In this document: piece after piece, positions 8,453-18,791 of the stretch
Layout of the letters: every line of letters begins with the position of its first letter
How positions within the stretch are numbered: the stretch's first letter is position 1
Source of the DNA: Thermoanaerobaculia bacterium
GTDB lineage: Bacteria; Acidobacteriota; Thermoanaerobaculia; Multivoradales; UBA5704
Direction of reading: 5' to 3'
NCBI GenBank assembly: GCA_035266085.1
Contig: DATFNZ010000118.1
Coordinates: forward strand, 692-64,691
DNA: 64,000 nucleotides
Notes under the pieces: generated by a model
Databases searched by the model: none
What the model saw: the letters and a program-made list of their open reading frames with translations, nothing else
What the model was told of the DNA's origin: nothing
Position numbers and translations under genes: made by a program

Positions 8453-9082
8453 CTAGTGCGCGCTCTTGCCCCAGAGCTCCTCGAGGCGCGCGTCGCGCCC
8501 GCAGCGCGTGCGGTAGAAGTTGTAGCGGAGGGGGTTCTTCTTGTAGTAATCCTGGTGGTACTCCTCGGCGGGGTAATACGTCGAGGCGGCCACGATCTCG
8601 GTCACGATCGGCTGCTTGAAGCGCTTCTGGACCTCGGCCTTGGAGGCCTCGGCGAGCCGCTTCTGCGTTTCGTCGTGGTAGAAGATCGCCGAGCGGTACT
8701 GCTCTCCGACGTCACAGAACTGGCGGTTCCTGGCGAACGGGTCGATGTTGTGCCAGAAGACCTCCAGCAGCTTCTCGTAGCTGACCTTCGCGGGGTCGTA
8801 GACGACCTGGACGGACTCCGCGTGGCCCGTGCCGCCCGAGGAGACCTCCTCGTAGGTGGGGTTCTTGCGGGTGCCGCCGGTATATCCCGAGGTGGTCGAG
8901 ACCACCCCGTCGAGGTTGTCGAACGGCCCTTCCATGCACCAGAAGCAGCCGCCCGCGAACGTGGCCTTGGCGAGTTGGCGTCCCTGGGCCGGGGGCGCCG
9001 CTTTGGCATCTCCGGTGCCAGCCGCGGCGGTCATCAGCAGGGCTGAGAGCGCCAGGAAGCCCGGGTTGAAGAGTCTTTTCAT
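8453..9082 (-). CDS. msrA: Peptide-methionine (S)-S-oxide reductase, secreted form
   Basis: GGCFWC active-site motif and a GYTGG...PTYEEV core. Signal peptide MKRLFNPGFLALSALLMTAAAG. The longer track ORF upstream is non-protein-like. Confidence 0.9.
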   Translation of the reverse strand: MKRLFNPGFLALSALLMTAAAGTGDAKAAPPAQGRQLAKATFAGGCFWCMEGPFDNLDGVVSTTSGYTGGTRKNPTYEEVSSGGTGHAESVQVVYDPAKVSYEKLLEVFWHNIDPFARNRQFCDVGEQYRSAIFYHDETQKRLAEASKAEVQKRFKQPIVTEIVAASTYYPAEEYHQDYYKKNPLRYNFYRTRCGRDARLEELWGKSAH

Positions 9083-9257
9083 TCGTCGTTTCCTCCGGTC
9101 GTTTCCTCCGATAATCCTTCCACTGCATCCTACGTGCCCGTCGGCAGGTCCGGATTCCCAGGTGGGCCCCTCCTGGCTCACCTCGGCAGGGGACGGGCAC
9201 TCTCTCTTGTCAGGGAACCGCTGAATTCTCCTTCCGTTCCCCTTATGGAGGAATTCG

Positions 9258-11993
9258 ATGTCTCGATCGTGGAAGGTCTGTAGTCTGTTTCTGCTGCTGC
9301 TCGCCGCTCTCTGCCCCCGCCTGCCGGCGCAGGAGGCCCTGGGCCAGGAAGCGCGGCCGGCCACCGTCATCTCGCTCAACTCGGGAGTCATCGACACCAG
9401 CCGGCCGCAGCCCGCGATTGCCGAGGCTCTGCGCGTCCGCCCCGAGGACTCGATCGAGGACGAGATCGTGCTGGTGAAGTTCCCGGGCCCCGTGACGGCC
9501 CGGCAGATCAGGGCTCTGCGCGCCGAGAGCCTGCAGGTCTACACCTACCTGCCCTACTACGCCTATCTCGTGAGGATGCCGGCCAACCGCGCCAAGGCGA
9601 GCCTGTCGAAGATGGGCGCGAGCTGGTCCGGCCCCTACCACCCCGCCTACAAGATCTCACCCGCCATCGCCGCGGTCGAGGCCGGCGAGGCCAAGGCCGG
9701 CCGGGAAGAGCACCGGCCGGTGCTGCTGCAGGTCTTTCCCGACGCGAACGTCCGCGAGGTGACTCAGAAGCTCCGCGACCTCGGGGTGAAGGGGATCGTC
9801 GGCAGCGGACGGGGAACGTTCTTCTCCAAGGTCCGCCTCCTGCTGACCCCCTCCGAGATCGCCGCGTTCCGGGAGTCGATGGCCGGGCTGCGCGAGGTCT
9901 TCTGGATCGAGCTCGAAGGGCGCCGCACCTTGTTGAACGACACCACCGTCTGGGTGGGGCAGTCGGGCCTCTCGGGCGGCCAGACCACGCCGATCTTCGG
10001 CCAGGGGATCTTCGGCGAGGGTCAGATCGTGGGCATCGTCGACACAGGTATCGATCCCGACATGTGCTATTTCCGCGACACGTCTCTCGGTCTTCTGCCG
10101 CCCACCAATGTCTGCAATGGCGGCACGGTGGTGAACAACAGCCAGCGCAAGGTGATCGCGGTCGACTTCCTGGCCGCCGGCGAGTGCAGCGGCGGCATCA
10201 GCAGCACCGAGTGGGACACCCAGGACCACGGCAGTCACGTGGCCGGCACGGTGGCGGGGGACAACTTCGCCAACCTCCTCACTCACAACGCGGGGGACGG
10301 CATGGCCCCAGGGGCCAAGCTGGTCATCCAGGACGCCGGCTACCAGGTCGACAACTGCGGTGACCTGCCCGGCATCGGCTGCCCGGTGGTGGACCTGAAC
10401 CCGATCTTCCAGCAGGCCTACAACCAGGGGGCGCGGCTCCACACCAACTCCTGGGGCGACAACGAGAACGCCGCCGTGCAGAACAACTACTCGGCCGGCA
10501 GCCAGGACGTCGACGAGTTCATGTGGAACCACAAGGACTTCCTGATCTTCTTCGCCGCCGGCAACTCCGGACCCGGCACCAGCTCGATCACGAGCCCCTC
10601 GACGGCCAAGAGCGGCGTCTCCGTGGGCGCCACCCTGCGCAGCACGAGCGCCAACTCGATGGCCTCGTTCAGCAGTTGCGGCCCGACCGCCGACGGCCGC
10701 ATCAAGCCCGACGTGACGGTGCCCGGTTCGAGCATCATCTCGGCCAACAGCGACAACAATACCGGCACCAACAACTGCGGCACCCAGTCCAGCTCCGGCA
10801 CCAGCATGGCCACCCCCGGCGCCGCCGGCTTGACGGCCCTGATCCGCCAGTACTACACGGACGGCTGGTATCCCACGGGCAGCAAGAACTCCGCGAACGC
10901 CCTCACCCCCTCGGCCGCCCTGCTCAAGGCGACCCTGGTGAGCTCGGCCCTGAACATGACGGGCGCCACGGCCATCCCCGGCAACTGCCAGGGCTGGGGC
11001 CGCGTGCTGCTCGAGGACTCCCTGTTCTTCACCGGCCAGGCCCGCAAGCTGTGGGTCAAGGACAATGCCACGGCCTTCGCCACCGGCTCGACCAACGAGG
11101 ACCGCACCTTCACCTTCTCGGTGACGGCGGGCGAGCCCTTCAAGGCCACCCTGGCTTGGACCGATTTCCCCTCGACCCCGGCGGCGAGCGTCAACATCAA
11201 CAACGACGTCGACCTGATCGTCACCGGCCCGACCGGCACTGTCTGGCGGGGCAACGTCTTCTCCGGCGGCGTCTCGGCCGCGGGCGGCGCGGCGGATCGG
11301 CGCAATACTCTGGAGCAGGTGCTGCTGGCGGCCCCGGCCGCGGGCGTCTACACCGTGACGGTGCGCTCCTTCAACGTGCCCAGCGGTCCGCAGCCCTTCG
11401 CGCTGGTGGTCACCGGCAACGCCGTCGAGGGAGGCACGCCGCCGGACCCGCCGGTCACCGTCTACTTCGACAACTTCGAGACCGCCACCGGGTGGGCGGT
11501 CAACCCGAGCGCCACCGATACGGCGACCACGGGCGCGTGGCAGCGGGCCGATCCGGCGGCCACCACCTCCAGCGGCACCAAGCAGCTCGGCACCACGGTC
11601 TCCGGGGTCAACGATCTGGTGACCGGAGCCTCGGCCGGCACGGCCGCGGGCGATTTCGACCTCGACGGTGGCACGACCTCCATCCAGTCGCCGGCCATCA
11701 CGCTGCCCTCGACGGGCGTGCTGACGCTGTCGTTCTCCTACTACTTCGCCCACGGCACCAACTCCTCGACGGCCGACTTCTTCCGCGTCAAGGTGGTGGG
11801 CGCGACGACCACGACCGTGCTCCAGGAGCTGGGCTCGACCGCCAACGACGACGCGGCCTGGCTCACCGGCTCGGCCAACATCAGCGCCTTCGCGGGACAG
11901 ACCGTGAGGATCCTGATCGAAGCCGCCGACGCCTCGACCGCCAGCCTGGTGGAGGCGGCGGTGGACGACGTGAAGATCGTTCAGCAGCCGTAG
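9258..11993 (+). CDS. Secreted subtilisin-like (S8) serine protease with a large C-terminal extension
   Basis: Catalytic triad contexts GIVDTGID, HGSHVAGT and SGTSMATPGAAG. N-terminal signal peptide and a propeptide-like region. Confidence 0.92.
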   Translation: MSRSWKVCSLFLLLLAALCPRLPAQEALGQEARPATVISLNSGVIDTSRPQPAIAEALRVRPEDSIEDEIVLVKFPGPVTARQIRALRAESLQVYTYLPYYAYLVRMPANRAKASLSKMGASWSGPYHPAYKISPAIAAVEAGEAKAGREEHRPVLLQVFPDANVREVTQKLRDLGVKGIVGSGRGTFFSKVRLLLTPSEIAAFRESMAGLREVFWIELEGRRTLLNDTTVWVGQSGLSGGQTTPIFGQGIFGEGQIVGIVDTGIDPDMCYFRDTSLGLLPPTNVCNGGTVVNNSQRKVIAVDFLAAGECSGGISSTEWDTQDHGSHVAGTVAGDNFANLLTHNAGDGMAPGAKLVIQDAGYQVDNCGDLPGIGCPVVDLNPIFQQAYNQGARLHTNSWGDNENAAVQNNYSAGSQDVDEFMWNHKDFLIFFAAGNSGPGTSSITSPSTAKSGVSVGATLRSTSANSMASFSSCGPTADGRIKPDVTVPGSSIISANSDNNTGTNNCGTQSSSGTSMATPGAAGLTALIRQYYTDGWYPTGSKNSANALTPSAALLKATLVSSALNMTGATAIPGNCQGWGRVLLEDSLFFTGQARKLWVKDNATAFATGSTNEDRTFTFSVTAGEPFKATLAWTDFPSTPAASVNINNDVDLIVTGPTGTVWRGNVFSGGVSAAGGAADRRNTLEQVLLAAPAAGVYTVTVRSFNVPSGPQPFALVVTGNAVEGGTPPDPPVTVYFDNFETATGWAVNPSATDTATTGAWQRADPAATTSSGTKQLGTTVSGVNDLVTGASAGTAAGDFDLDGGTTSIQSPAITLPSTGVLTLSFSYYFAHGTNSSTADFFRVKVVGATTTTVLQELGSTANDDAAWLTGSANISAFAGQTVRILIEAADASTASLVEAAVDDVKIVQQP

Positions 11994-12041
11994 GCTGGAG
12001 ACCTGTCTGCAGGGCGGCCCTCCGGGGCCGCCCTGTTCGAC

Positions 12042-13019
12042 TCACTTGTCGAACAGGGATTCGTCGTCTCGGCGATCCGTGAGCCTGAAGTCTCCCTCGT
12101 AGTCCGGATCGGACGGCGCCGAGTTCTCGGCCACCCTCGTGTCCGAAGCTTCCACGGGGCCCAGGGCGCTAATTCCGCCGGCCCGGCCTTCGGAACGGTT
12201 GCGCAAGACCCGGCAGCGGATGAGGCTCATCGAGCCGGTGTTGCGAATGGCGCCCCCTCCGACCCTCGCGGTATTGCCTTCGAGCGTCGAGCCCTCCAGG
12301 CGGACCGTGCCGCTGTTCCAGAGGGCTCCGCCCCGGTCGCCGGCCTCGTTGTCGCGCAGAACCGTGTCGAGGAGGATGGCTTCTCCCACGCCTGCGACCG
12401 GCAGGTTGTACAGCCCCCCACCGGTCCCTCCCGGGCCGCCGGCCCGGTTGGCGATGACGAAGCTGCCGACCATCCGCAGGACGCCGTCGTTGCGGATGCC
12501 GCCGCCGTCATCCCCGGCGGCATTGCCCGTCACCGTGACCCGCTCGAGCACGAGCGTCCCCGTGTTCCACAGCCCCCCGCCATCGGTGTGCCCCTCGGTG
12601 AGGCCGCGGCGGACCGTGAGGTCGCGCAACGTCAAGCGGCCTCGGGGGGAGACGTGGAAGATCCGGAATGGGGGCGTGCCGGGCGCCGGGCTGCGTTCCA
12701 CGATGGCTCCGTTGCCTTCGATCGTCACCTCCGTGGTCACGCTCGGCAGGCCGCTCCCACCCTCAAGGCCGTTGACCGCTGCGATACCGGCGAGCGAGTG
12801 GATGCTCCCTCGGGCCAGCCGGATCACGCCGCCGCCGGCCGCATTGACGGCCTCGAGCGCCGCCCGCAGGCTGCAGGGGGGGATGGCGCCGCCGGTGACG
12901 CACTGCGGATCGCCGGGGTCGACCTCGACGGCTCCAGGAGGGAGCGCCGGCTCGGAGGCGCCGCTCGCCGCGGCCGCAAGCATCACCACGGCCCCCCAGA
13001 TCCCGAGGCGGTGCCTCAC
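12042..13019 (-). CDS. Secreted beta-helix (Pmp-like GGxI/L-xN repeat) protein
   Basis: GTG start overlaps the upstream stop (GTGA at 13016-13019). Signal VRHRLGIWGAVVMLAAAASGA. Repeats GGGLWNTG, GGGIRNDG, GGGLYN, GGALWNSG, GGAIRNTG. Confidence 0.75.
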   Translation of the reverse strand: MRHRLGIWGAVVMLAAAASGASEPALPPGAVEVDPGDPQCVTGGAIPPCSLRAALEAVNAAGGGVIRLARGSIHSLAGIAAVNGLEGGSGLPSVTTEVTIEGNGAIVERSPAPGTPPFRIFHVSPRGRLTLRDLTVRRGLTEGHTDGGGLWNTGTLVLERVTVTGNAAGDDGGGIRNDGVLRMVGSFVIANRAGGPGGTGGGLYNLPVAGVGEAILLDTVLRDNEAGDRGGALWNSGTVRLEGSTLEGNTARVGGGAIRNTGSMSLIRCRVLRNRSEGRAGGISALGPVEASDTRVAENSAPSDPDYEGDFRLTDRRDDESLFDK

Positions 13020-14425
13020 CGCGACCTCGACGCGTAGAGGCGGGCCACCTGCGGGTTTTCCCGGAAGACCTGGATCCTGCCGTTCTCCGAGTCGGTGATG
13101 AAGAGGCGGCCTTTGTCGTCGACGGCCACGCCGAAGGGGAACCACAGCTCTCCGTCCTCCATGCCGTTGCGCCCGAACGAGCCCAGCAAAACCCCCTCGG
13201 ACGTGTACTTCTTCACCCGGTGATTGTTGGAATCCACCACGAAGAGATCGCCTTGCGGGTCCACGGCGAGCCCCTTGGGGCGGTAGAGCTGGCCCGTCCT
13301 CGTCCCCGGCTCCCCCCAGGCGAGCAGGAACCGCCCGTCGAGGTCGAGCTTCTGGATGCGGCCGTTGTCCGTATCGGTGACGTAGATCCACTTTCGGGCG
13401 CGGTCGATCGCCAGCCCCATGGGCCGGTCGAACCGGCCGGTTTCGCGGCCCGGCCCGCCCCAGGCGGCGAGGAACCGTCCCTGGGCGTCGAACTTCTGGA
13501 TCCGGTGATTGCCGGCATCGGCGACGTAGATGTTGTCGTCCTGGTCGACCGCCACCCCGGCCGGCTCCTCGAGCTCGCCCGGCCCGGCGCCCCGGCGCCC
13601 GAAGGTGAACCGGAACTGGCCGGGCAGCTCGCGCAGGTTGTCCGCGGACCCCGCCGTCACCTGGATGCGATGGTTGCCGGAATCCGCGATGATCACCTCG
13701 CCCCGGCTGTTGACCGCGATCCCCTGGGGATAACGGAACTGGCCGGGCCCGTCGCCCTCCTCGCCCCACTTGTCGACGAACATGCCGTTCCAGGTGTAGG
13801 AGCGGATCCGGTGGTTGTTGGTGTCCGCGAAGAGCAGTGTGGCCACCCCGAAGGGGTCGTTGAACAGTGCGATGGCCGTGGGGTTCTGGTATTGACCGAC
13901 GCCCTGGCCCGGATCACCCCACTTCAACCAGAAGTTGGCGAGACTGGCGGCGCCGCAGGGGATCGGCGCCATCACGAACTCTTCGCTCTGTTCCGGCTTG
14001 TCGCCTTCGATCCGGGCCACGAGCGAGCCGTTGTCACGCAACTGATAGATGATCCGTTTCGGGAAGTCGTGCTCCAGGTTTTCGAAGACCGCCTTCTTGC
14101 CGGCGAGGATGACCATCTTGAATGGCACCGAAAGCTTGCCTTTCGGGGCCGGGGTCATGAAGATGCCGCCTTCCACCTGCTCGATCTTGATGAACTCGAA
14201 AAACCCCGTGCGCCCGTCGACGACCGTCTGGGAGGTCCCCAGCATCAGCCCCCCGGCCGCCGGGTTGTAGCGCTCTTCAATGGTGCCGTTCTGCCCGGCG
14301 AGCTTCCCTCTCCAGCAGCCGGACATGAACGCCAGATCCGACAGGGACCTCTCCTGCGCCCAGGCCTCGCTGCCAATTCCCAGCGACGCGCAGCAGAGCA
14401 CCAGCAAGCACCTCTTCCATGCCAT
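13016..14425 (-). CDS. Secreted NHL-repeat beta-propeller protein with a ~150-aa N-terminal domain
   Basis: Signal MAWKRCLLVLCCASLGIGSEAWA. Six repeats of the type GxFxxPxGxAVD..G.xxVxDxxNHRIQ.F. Confidence 0.85.
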   Translation of the reverse strand: MAWKRCLLVLCCASLGIGSEAWAQERSLSDLAFMSGCWRGKLAGQNGTIEERYNPAAGGLMLGTSQTVVDGRTGFFEFIKIEQVEGGIFMTPAPKGKLSVPFKMVILAGKKAVFENLEHDFPKRIIYQLRDNGSLVARIEGDKPEQSEEFVMAPIPCGAASLANFWLKWGDPGQGVGQYQNPTAIALFNDPFGVATLLFADTNNHRIRSYTWNGMFVDKWGEEGDGPGQFRYPQGIAVNSRGEVIIADSGNHRIQVTAGSADNLRELPGQFRFTFGRRGAGPGELEEPAGVAVDQDDNIYVADAGNHRIQKFDAQGRFLAAWGGPGRETGRFDRPMGLAIDRARKWIYVTDTDNGRIQKLDLDGRFLLAWGEPGTRTGQLYRPKGLAVDPQGDLFVVDSNNHRVKKYTSEGVLLGSFGRNGMEDGELWFPFGVAVDDKGRLFITDSENGRIQVFRENPQVARLYASRSR

Positions 14426-14451
14426 GGGCTTTCTCCTCCGGTTCCAACGGG

Positions 14452-15276
14452 CTAGTTTGGCTTCTTCTTGGGTGCCGAGGGCGCGCCCGGCGAGGCCGCG
14501 CCGCCAAGCCTGGGCCGCTCCTGCCTCTTGACCCGATAGCCCTTGGCCTTGGTGGCGCCGGCCTCAAACGCCTTCGCCGAGATCGACTCCATGTCCTCGC
14601 AACTGCCGGGGCCCGCGCACCACTCCCAAGTGCATGGGCAAGGTTGCCCGGAACAGCTCGGGTCGTGGAACTTGGTAGAGCTGGTTTTTTTCCCGTCCTT
14701 GGTACGGCCGAAGCCGAAAGGCTTGTGGAAGGCTACGGTGATGTTGCGCGGCGGAATTTCCATGACACCTGTTGCGAAGGCGACGCCTGCCAGGTTCTCT
14801 CCTACCTTGACGTCGTCAAGATAGATGTCATAGATGGCGTTGTAGACGATCATCGCCGGGTAGTCCTTGTTCTTCTGCAAGGCGACGCCCAGGCTCTTCG
14901 GCTTCACGGTATCGGACAACTTGAAGGTGATGTAGGCATCCAGCACCTTGCTGTAGCCGTGGAGCTCCCAGGCATCGATGATGAACTCGAACTGGCGGTA
15001 CCCGAGCCCATTGCGGACCGGCTCCTCGCGATTCAACCTCATGTAAGCGTCGAGCTTCAGCACCTCCGAGGGTTCCGTGTCACCGTTCAGGATGACAGGG
15101 ATGGTGATGATGGAGTGCTCGTGCTCCACTTCTGCGTGGTCCGGAAAACCTCCCTGAACTCTATGGGCCGCATGGGCCGCCCCCTGGGACCTATCGCCTT
15201 GGGCCGCCAACAAGCTCCCAGACAGCGCACACACCACCAGCACTCCGACGATTCGTCGAGACATGCGCCAGTTCAT
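14452..15276 (-). CDS. Secreted hypothetical protein with a Cys-rich, Lys-rich C-terminus
   Basis: GGAGA RBS before the ATG at 15276. Signal-like RIVGVLVVCALSGSLLAAQG. C-terminal DPSCSGQPCPCTWEWCAGPGSC. Confidence 0.65.
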   Translation of the reverse strand: MNWRMSRRIVGVLVVCALSGSLLAAQGDRSQGAAHAAHRVQGGFPDHAEVEHEHSIITIPVILNGDTEPSEVLKLDAYMRLNREEPVRNGLGYRQFEFIIDAWELHGYSKVLDAYITFKLSDTVKPKSLGVALQKNKDYPAMIVYNAIYDIYLDDVKVGENLAGVAFATGVMEIPPRNITVAFHKPFGFGRTKDGKKTSSTKFHDPSCSGQPCPCTWEWCAGPGSCEDMESISAKAFEAGATKAKGYRVKRQERPRLGGAASPGAPSAPKKKPN

Positions 15277-15387
15277 CGGTGTCTCCTTTCCTGGAACCCC
15301 GGCCGTGCGACGGCCAGGCTCGGACATGTATCACAGACCATCCGTGACACACCGCTGCACGACAACCCTCACTAGTACCGGTGCGAG

Positions 15388-17712
15388 TCACCCGCCGGAG
15401 CGCGTCGCCCGCAGGAGCCGGGGGAGCAGCAGCACGGTCATCAGATAGGCCGCGAGCATCGCCGCGGCGAGCAGTAGCCCGAGGACGCGGTTCGGCGGCA
15501 GGGAGGAGAGCGTGAGGACCAGGAACCCGAGCCCGAGAACCACGGCGTTCCAGCGTACCGCCCGACCCGCCGTGGCGAGGCTACGCCCAACGGCGACAGT
15601 ATGGTCCGCTCCGGCGGCTCGCGCCTCCCGGTAAGCGTGGAAGAGGTGCAGCGAGAAGTCCGTGCCCGACCCGACGGCCAGCGCCAGGAACATGCTGCTC
15701 GCGATTCCCAATGGCAACCCGAGATAGCCAAGGGCGCCGAGCACCAGACCGGCAGCGGCCAGAACGGGAGCCAGAAGGATCGCTACATGGGCGGGCCGGC
15801 GCAGGGCCAGGAACAGGATGAGGCTTATTGCTGCAAGGCTCCAGGCGATCGAGCCGAGCTGATTGGTGAGGATGGTCCGGACGACCTCGAGAGCGACCGG
15901 GAGATCGCCGCTCAAGTGGAACCTGACGCCGCGTCCCCGCAACAAGGGGGCGAGACGCCGCCGCAGGTGCTCCCGCAACTCCGTGCCGCGCCGGTAGTCG
16001 GCGCTCTTGACCAGGATCCGGATGCGGACAGCCTTGGCGTCCCGGCTGAGGAAATGGTCCAGGTTCAGGCTGCTTCGAAGCAGTGTGGACAGTGCCATCA
16101 GGGTCCGCAGATCCTCGGGCGTCAACCGCGAGACGTCGCGCGGCCGCCCCGTCATCTCCGCCAATACCTGAAGCGACGTCAGAGGACTGATGACGCCTGC
16201 GGCGTGCGGTGAGGCCGAGGCGGCGCCGGAGACTTCCTCGATGAGGCGTACACCCTTGGCCCCGCGGAAAAAGCGCGGCTCCTCGCTCTCGAGAACGATG
16301 TCGAAACGGTATGTCCCCCAGAGCTTCTCGTTGTACAGGCGGTCCGCGGCGGCGATGGAAGAGGCACGGCCGAAGTTGTCGATCCAGGAATCCTGGACAG
16401 ACAGGAAGAGGCTGCCGGGGAGCAGCGCCGCGAGCAGGCTTAGGCCAAGCGCGAACGCCGCCGTTTCATGGCGCCAGACCCAGGCGTAGAACGGCGACAG
16501 CAAGGAGCCCTCCTGATCCGAGGGCCGCTGACGAGCGGACCGCCACCAGGAAACCGGCAGGGACACGATCAGCGCCGGGATCAGGGTAAAGCTCGAGAGC
16601 ATCGCCAGGAGGATGCCCCCCGCCGCAAAGACCCCGAAGTCGCGCAGGGGCAAGAGGTTCGAAGCCGGGAAGGCCAGGAACCCGGCCGCGGTGGTCAGCG
16701 ACGTGAGCACCATCGGCCGCCCCATCTCGCGCAGCGCCGCCTTCGCTGCGGCACGGCGGCCGGCGCGCGAGATCTCCGCGGTCTCTCCTTGGGACGCCTG
16801 CAGCCGCTCGATGAAGTGGACCTCGTCGGCGACCGCCAGCACCATCAGGACCACGGGCAGGATTGTGGTCACCAGAGTCACCGGCACCCCGGCGTATCCC
16901 ATGGCGCCGAGCACGCAGACCAGAACGACAAGGACCTCCGTCATCACGGCAGCTACGGCACCCGGTGTCCGCAGACAGCCGTAGAGCAAAAGGGCCATGG
17001 CGAGGACCATGAAGGGAATGATCGAAGCCAAGTCGTCGAGGACCATGCGGCCGAGCACGACCTCCGCCACCACCGGTCCGGTCAGCCGTAGATCGAACGC
17101 CGAGCCGGCCTGCCGGAAGATCCAAGCCTCCAGGGCTTCGATAGCCTCCCGGCGCGACACCCTCTCGGCAAGGGGCGCGTAGACGGCCGCGGTAGACCCA
17201 TCCGAAGAGAGAAACAGGCCTTCGCCCAGGGGATGGCGCCGGACGCGTGCCCGCAAGGCCGCGACCTCCGCCGGATTTCTCGGCACCTCCTCCAGGTACT
17301 CCCGCACGAGTTGAAGGGACGACAGGCCGGGCTTGGGCTCGAGCAGGCTCGCCAGCGAACGGACGTTGCCGCCGTCCACGACCGGCAAGGCCCGGAGGTG
17401 ACGATCGATCCCTTTGAGGAAATTGAGCCCCGCGACGCTGGCGACCGGTGGCCCCCCAGGCCTTGCGCTGATCAGCAAGATGACCTGATCGGGATCCCGG
17501 AATCTCTCCGCATCGGCCTCGGACTGCTTGACCACTCCGTTCCCCGCCGGATAGATGGCCCGGCCTTCGGTGCGCAGCTCGAGCCGTGGCAACCCGCTCG
17601 CGAACAGCAGGGCGACCAGCAGACCGGCGAGCAGAGTGGTCCGAGGCCGAGCCAGACAGACATCCGTCAGCCTGGACATCGTCCGTCGATGCGCACGCCA
17701 AGCTTCATCCAC
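15388..17712 (-). CDS. MMPL/RND-superfamily membrane exporter
   Basis: 774 aa with two blocks of ~6 TM helices separated by soluble loops, the typical MMPL layout. The start could be the internal MSRLTD at 17679. Confidence 0.8.
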   Translation of the reverse strand: MDEAWRAHRRTMSRLTDVCLARPRTTLLAGLLVALLFASGLPRLELRTEGRAIYPAGNGVVKQSEADAERFRDPDQVILLISARPGGPPVASVAGLNFLKGIDRHLRALPVVDGGNVRSLASLLEPKPGLSSLQLVREYLEEVPRNPAEVAALRARVRRHPLGEGLFLSSDGSTAAVYAPLAERVSRREAIEALEAWIFRQAGSAFDLRLTGPVVAEVVLGRMVLDDLASIIPFMVLAMALLLYGCLRTPGAVAAVMTEVLVVLVCVLGAMGYAGVPVTLVTTILPVVLMVLAVADEVHFIERLQASQGETAEISRAGRRAAAKAALREMGRPMVLTSLTTAAGFLAFPASNLLPLRDFGVFAAGGILLAMLSSFTLIPALIVSLPVSWWRSARQRPSDQEGSLLSPFYAWVWRHETAAFALGLSLLAALLPGSLFLSVQDSWIDNFGRASSIAAADRLYNEKLWGTYRFDIVLESEEPRFFRGAKGVRLIEEVSGAASASPHAAGVISPLTSLQVLAEMTGRPRDVSRLTPEDLRTLMALSTLLRSSLNLDHFLSRDAKAVRIRILVKSADYRRGTELREHLRRRLAPLLRGRGVRFHLSGDLPVALEVVRTILTNQLGSIAWSLAAISLILFLALRRPAHVAILLAPVLAAAGLVLGALGYLGLPLGIASSMFLALAVGSGTDFSLHLFHAYREARAAGADHTVAVGRSLATAGRAVRWNAVVLGLGFLVLTLSSLPPNRVLGLLLAAAMLAAYLMTVLLLPRLLRATRSGG

Positions 17713-17738
17713 AGAGATCCTTTCGCACCGTCAGAGCC

Positions 17739-18791
17739 TTACTGCGCCTTCACCTCCGTCCACAGCTCGTCGATCAACTGCGTCGTTTCCCCGAGGTCCT
17801 CGATCAGCTCGCAGCGGTCGAGGACCTCCTTCGGGGGATAGATCGAGGGGTTCTGGCGGATCTTCTCGTCGATCAGGGTCAGGGCGGCCTGGTTGGCGCC
17901 CGCGTAGTGGACGCCGTTGACGATCTTCGCGGCAATCTCGGGCTCCAGGATGTAGTCGAGGAAGGCGTAGACGGCGTCCAGGTTGCGGGCGCCTTTGGGG
18001 ATGGCGGCGTTGTCGATCCACAGGGTGCCGCCCTCTTTGGGGATCACATAGGCGAGGCGATCCTGGGCGTTGGCCACGGCCTCGGCCATCTCGCCGTTGA
18101 ACCCCTGGGCCACGTCCACGTCGCCCGCCGCCAGGAGGTTGGCGAAGTCCGAGCTGTTGTAGGTCCGCACCAGCCGCTTCTGGGCTTTGAGCATTTCCGC
18201 GGCCTTGCGCAGCGTCGCCGGGTCCCGCTCGTTGATCGATCTCCCCATCAGCCTCAGGGCCGCGCCGAAGGCCTCCCGCGCGTCGTCCAGCATCAGGATG
18301 CGCCCGGCGTAGCGCTCGTCGAACAGGGCGCTCCAACTATCGATCGGCTCCTTCACCTTCTGCTTGTCGTAGCCGATTCCCGTGGTGCCCCACAGGTAGG
18401 GGAAGGAATGGGCGTTGTCCGGATCGTATTTTTGATTGAGGAACCGTGGATCGAGGTTCTTGAAGTGGGGGAGCCGGGCGTGGTCGAGCGTCTGGACGAG
18501 GCCCTCCGGGATCAGCACCTTCATCATGTAGTCGGACGGCACCACGAGATCGTAGTCGGCGACACCCGACTGAAGCTTTTCGAGGATCGCCTCGTTCGAA
18601 TCGTAGGTGTCGATGTTGACCTTGATGCCCGTCCGCTGCTCGAAATCGGCGACGACCTCCGGCGGCAGGTAGTTCGTCCAGATGTAGATGTTCACCTCGC
18701 CGGGAGCCGCGTTGACCGTTCCGGCCTCCTCCTTCGCGCCTCCGCAGGAGACCAGCGCCGCCGCCAGAGCGGCTATCAGAAACCTTTTCAT
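17739..18791 (-). CDS. potD: Spermidine/putrescine ABC transporter substrate-binding lipoprotein
   Basis: Lipobox LVSCGG. PotD/PotF-like motifs IYIWTNY, YDLVVPSDY, PYLWGTTGI. Its start overlaps the potC stop. Confidence 0.88.
   Translation of the reverse strand: MKRFLIAALAAALVSCGGAKEEAGTVNAAPGEVNIYIWTNYLPPEVVADFEQRTGIKVNIDTYDSNEAILEKLQSGVADYDLVVPSDYMMKVLIPEGLVQTLDHARLPHFKNLDPRFLNQKYDPDNAHSFPYLWGTTGIGYDKQKVKEPIDSWSALFDERYAGRILMLDDAREAFGAALRLMGRSINERDPATLRKAAEMLKAQKRLVRTYNSSDFANLLAAGDVDVAQGFNGEMAEAVANAQDRLAYVIPKEGGTLWIDNAAIPKGARNLDAVYAFLDYILEPEIAAKIVNGVHYAGANQAALTLIDEKIRQNPSIYPPKEVLDRCELIEDLGETTQLIDELWTEVKAQ

Noticed and set aside
12011-12032. Hairpin gggcggccc-tccg-gggccgccc between the convergent protease and beta-helix genes; similarly 3623-3652
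   Set aside because: The stems are strong, but neither strand has a U-tract. They may be bidirectional terminators or REP-like, but I cannot support a terminator call.
14117-14134. Sigma-54-like TGGCAC...GCTTGC motif
   Set aside because: The spacing does not fit TGGCAC-N5-TTGC, and it lies inside the NHL-protein coding sequence on the opposite strand.
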